This document shows positions 61,880 to 64,000 of a stretch of 64,000 nt of DNA, in pieces. The notes beneath the pieces were generated by a model, which saw nothing but the letters and a program-made list of their open reading frames with translations, was not told the DNA's origin and did no database searches. Source of the stretch: an uncultured virus (IMG/VR IMGVR_UViG_3300044653_000122) (lineage: Duplodnaviria; Heunggongvirae; Uroviricota; Caudoviricetes); IMG/VR virus record IMGVR_UViG_3300044653_000122; one strand, 5' to 3'. The number at the start of each line of letters is the position of its first letter. Within the stretch, counting starts at the first letter, position 1. The translations under genes were made by a program, and so were the position numbers.

Positions 61880-64000
61880 ATGCCGCTTTCGCCGCTCTGT
61901 GTCGTCTCTGACAACGGTGGCCCGTTCGCTCCTACCACGAACGGGGTCAACGTCTCACCGAGCGACCCGATTCAGATCCAACTGGCCACCCCCACAGGGG
62001 TTGGAAGCTGGTACCTGACCGTTTATGGGACGGATGAGCTGACGACCCCACCAACGCTCTCAAACGTTAACCCAGGGACCGGGCAGGTCATCAGCCCGAC
62101 GGCGGTCGTAAGCTTCACCTACCCAGGACTCCCGTCTGGCCGCTCGATTGTCTTCCAGAGCACAGTCGTCTCTGGATCCAGCACAGCCCAAACGACCTTC
62201 GCTGTCTATACCCTGTCTCCGAACGATCGCCGGGTGGCGGCGGTCGGCGAGAGCCGTGAGGGGAATGTCAGCTATGGCTGGGCGGCTGTGCTCAACCCCA
62301 TCATGCGGCAAGGGGCTGCGTATCTTTACTATAACGATGGGCTCGCTTCGCCTGCCACAGGTTCGAACAACATCCAGGGAGCCCTTGATTACCTGAAGAG
62401 TCACGCCGGAGGTTCTTCGACCCCACCCCCTGTCTTCGTCTACCAAGAAGGGGGCTCCCCAGGACCCAACGTATTCACGAGCTTCGCTGCTGCGTACGCG
62501 GCGGCCTCTGCGGTCCAGCTTCTCGGGCCCGTCATCATCATCGATTCGTCTTTGGGGGCTCCTGTCATCCCATCGAATGCGTGGAATATCGACGGGATGA
62601 CTCTCCGGGGAAGAGCCAAGAGCGCCGATGATCTTCTTGACTCCGTGACCATCGAAAACGGGGCGACGTTCACAGCGACGTTTGGTTTCACCCTGGATTC
62701 CTTGGACGTTACATGGACGACGGTAACGTCCCCTGTCTTCACCTCGACGACGACTGGGTGCACCGTCTACCTTCGGAACTTCACGCAGGTTAGCCAGTCC
62801 GGGGCCTCTCAACCATTTATCTCGGTTACTGGCGGGTTTTTGCATGTTGTGGGGGGACAGTTGTCGGGGGGTATCGGAACCCCCTTCCTCAATGTCGGCG
62901 GTGGCGGACAGGCCAAGGTTTGGGTCGTTGATCCCCGCGACTCTATCGGTGCCAACTCGCTTGCTGGGACGGGGCCGATCCTGGTCCAAGTTGGAGAGCT
63001 GGCAGCCAACGTTAGTCAGACCCAAACGGGCACTGCGGTCACCTACTCGTTCCCGCTCGGGAGCGATCTCACCTACGAGGGGCCGTCTCAACAACTCGTT
63101 ACGGCTATCCAAGGGCTTCCGACCACGGTTTGGGCAAATGTGGAAGCCCCCTCAAACCCAGTTGTGCTGCCCTGCTCACCACTCGGTCAGTGTGACTGCG
63201 TATGCAGTGACGGGTCGAACATCTGGGTCGGGGACGGAGACCCGAGTGGCACCACCTCTGGTATTACCAGAGTATACAAGACCGACGGAAACAGCCTCCT
63301 CGGAGTGTTCCCGTTGCCGGCGGATGCTAGTGGTACGCAGGCGATCACATCGGATGGGACCCATGTTTTCGTACTGGTGGACTCCATCGCCACTACAGAC
63401 TGCCTTTACGTCCTCAACCTCAGCGGCAATGTTGTAGGTGTTGGACAATTCCCCGTTGCCCAAAATGGGGGAGAGGTTGTTGTCCAAGGCGGTTACTGCT
63501 GGTGCCAGGACGCAGTCAACGGTCTTACTGGCTACAGCATTGCGACCATGTTGGCGAATGGTCCCAACACGCCCACCCCGGCAGGAAAAACGTTGTCTGC
63601 CACGAGTGGTGGATCGAACAACGGCATCACCACCGACGGCACGAATCTTTACGCTACTGGTGGGAGCACAGTGTGGAAGATCGCGCCCGCCGGGCCATCA
63701 ATCACCACCTCGGTGACTCCTCCGTTCGGACAGGTTAACGGCGTATTTTACGCATCGATCGGACCAGGGCCGCGCATTTACTGTGGCGTTCATACAAACC
63801 CGAGCACCAATCAGGCACTCGTCCTCACAACCGCGCTCGCGACAGTGACGTCGTTCACCCCGACTTTCGCAGGTGGTGCAAACGGCTTCGTACAGGTAAC
63901 CGCACAGGATGGTAGCTACCTGTATCTCTCCGCAGGCAACGGCGTGTCGATCGTAAATCCGTCGACATTTGCTACGCTTCGAGCAGATTTCGCACCCAAT
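61880..64000 (+). CDS. large tail-fibre/virion-like protein, runs off the window end
   Basis: GGAG SD + ATG (MPLSPLCVV..); frame open at spot checks; NIQGALDYL motif, Thr/Gly/Ser-rich. Confidence 0.7.
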   Translation, partial: MPLSPLCVVSDNGGPFAPTTNGVNVSPSDPIQIQLATPTGVGSWYLTVYGTDELTTPPTLSNVNPGTGQVISPTAVVSFTYPGLPSGRSIVFQSTVVSGSSTAQTTFAVYTLSPNDRRVAAVGESREGNVSYGWAAVLNPIMRQGAAYLYYNDGLASPATGSNNIQGALDYLKSHAGGSSTPPPVFVYQEGGSPGPNVFTSFAAAYAAASAVQLLGPVIIIDSSLGAPVIPSNAWNIDGMTLRGRAKSADDLLDSVTIENGATFTATFGFTLDSLDVTWTTVTSPVFTSTTTGCTVYLRNFTQVSQSGASQPFISVTGGFLHVVGGQLSGGIGTPFLNVGGGGQAKVWVVDPRDSIGANSLAGTGPILVQVGELAANVSQTQTGTAVTYSFPLGSDLTYEGPSQQLVTAIQGLPTTVWANVEAPSNPVVLPCSPLGQCDCVCSDGSNIWVGDGDPSGTTSGITRVYKTDGNSLLGVFPLPADASGTQAITSDGTHVFVLVDSIATTDCLYVLNLSGNVVGVGQFPVAQNGGEVVVQGGYCWCQDAVNGLTGYSIATMLANGPNTPTPAGKTLSATSGGSNNGITTDGTNLYATGGSTVWKIAPAGPSITTSVTPPFGQVNGVFYASIGPGPRIYCGVHTNPSTNQALVLTTALATVTSFTPTFAGGANGFVQVTAQDGSYLYLSAGNGVSIVNPSTFATLRADFAPN

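Noticed and set aside
62060..63738. Short ORFs listed in the track at the window end
   Set aside because: Better explained by one long plus-strand frame from 61880 that lacks a stop inside the window

Overview
Gene-dense, GC-rich window that looks like part of a jumbo bacteriophage genome. The host is probably a myxobacterium (inferred from lipoprotein style). About 5.5-44 kb is a minus-strand translation and RNA-repair island. It holds 57 tRNA genes read by eye (all 20 amino acids), a tmRNA, EF-Tu, ribosomal protein L7/L12, Pth2, a frameshifted mini-HisRS and an AlaRS-like fragment; an intein-containing RtcB and a peptide deformylase lie outside it on either side. The most striking element is at 33.7-40.4 kb: a Ro60/TROVE-like vWA gene plus a ubiquitin-like cassette (E2-like, JAB, Ubl, E1/ThiF), flanked by 12 tRNA-chimeric ncRNAs. 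All 12 share one bulged-C helix module (CCCCGC / CUCGGG plus ACAAGC) grafted onto tRNA bodies in three circularly permuted topologies, suggesting an undescribed Y-RNA-like family. Other signals: a possible attenuator with a 20-amino-acid leader at the head of the tRNA array, micro-ORF leaders (MKRRRRRR*, two ...PP*), a recurrent GGTGTA promoter-like motif, sigma-like genes, and a shared N-terminal peptide motif in several hypothetical proteins. All calls were made by eye without database searches; RNA ends may be off by a few nt.
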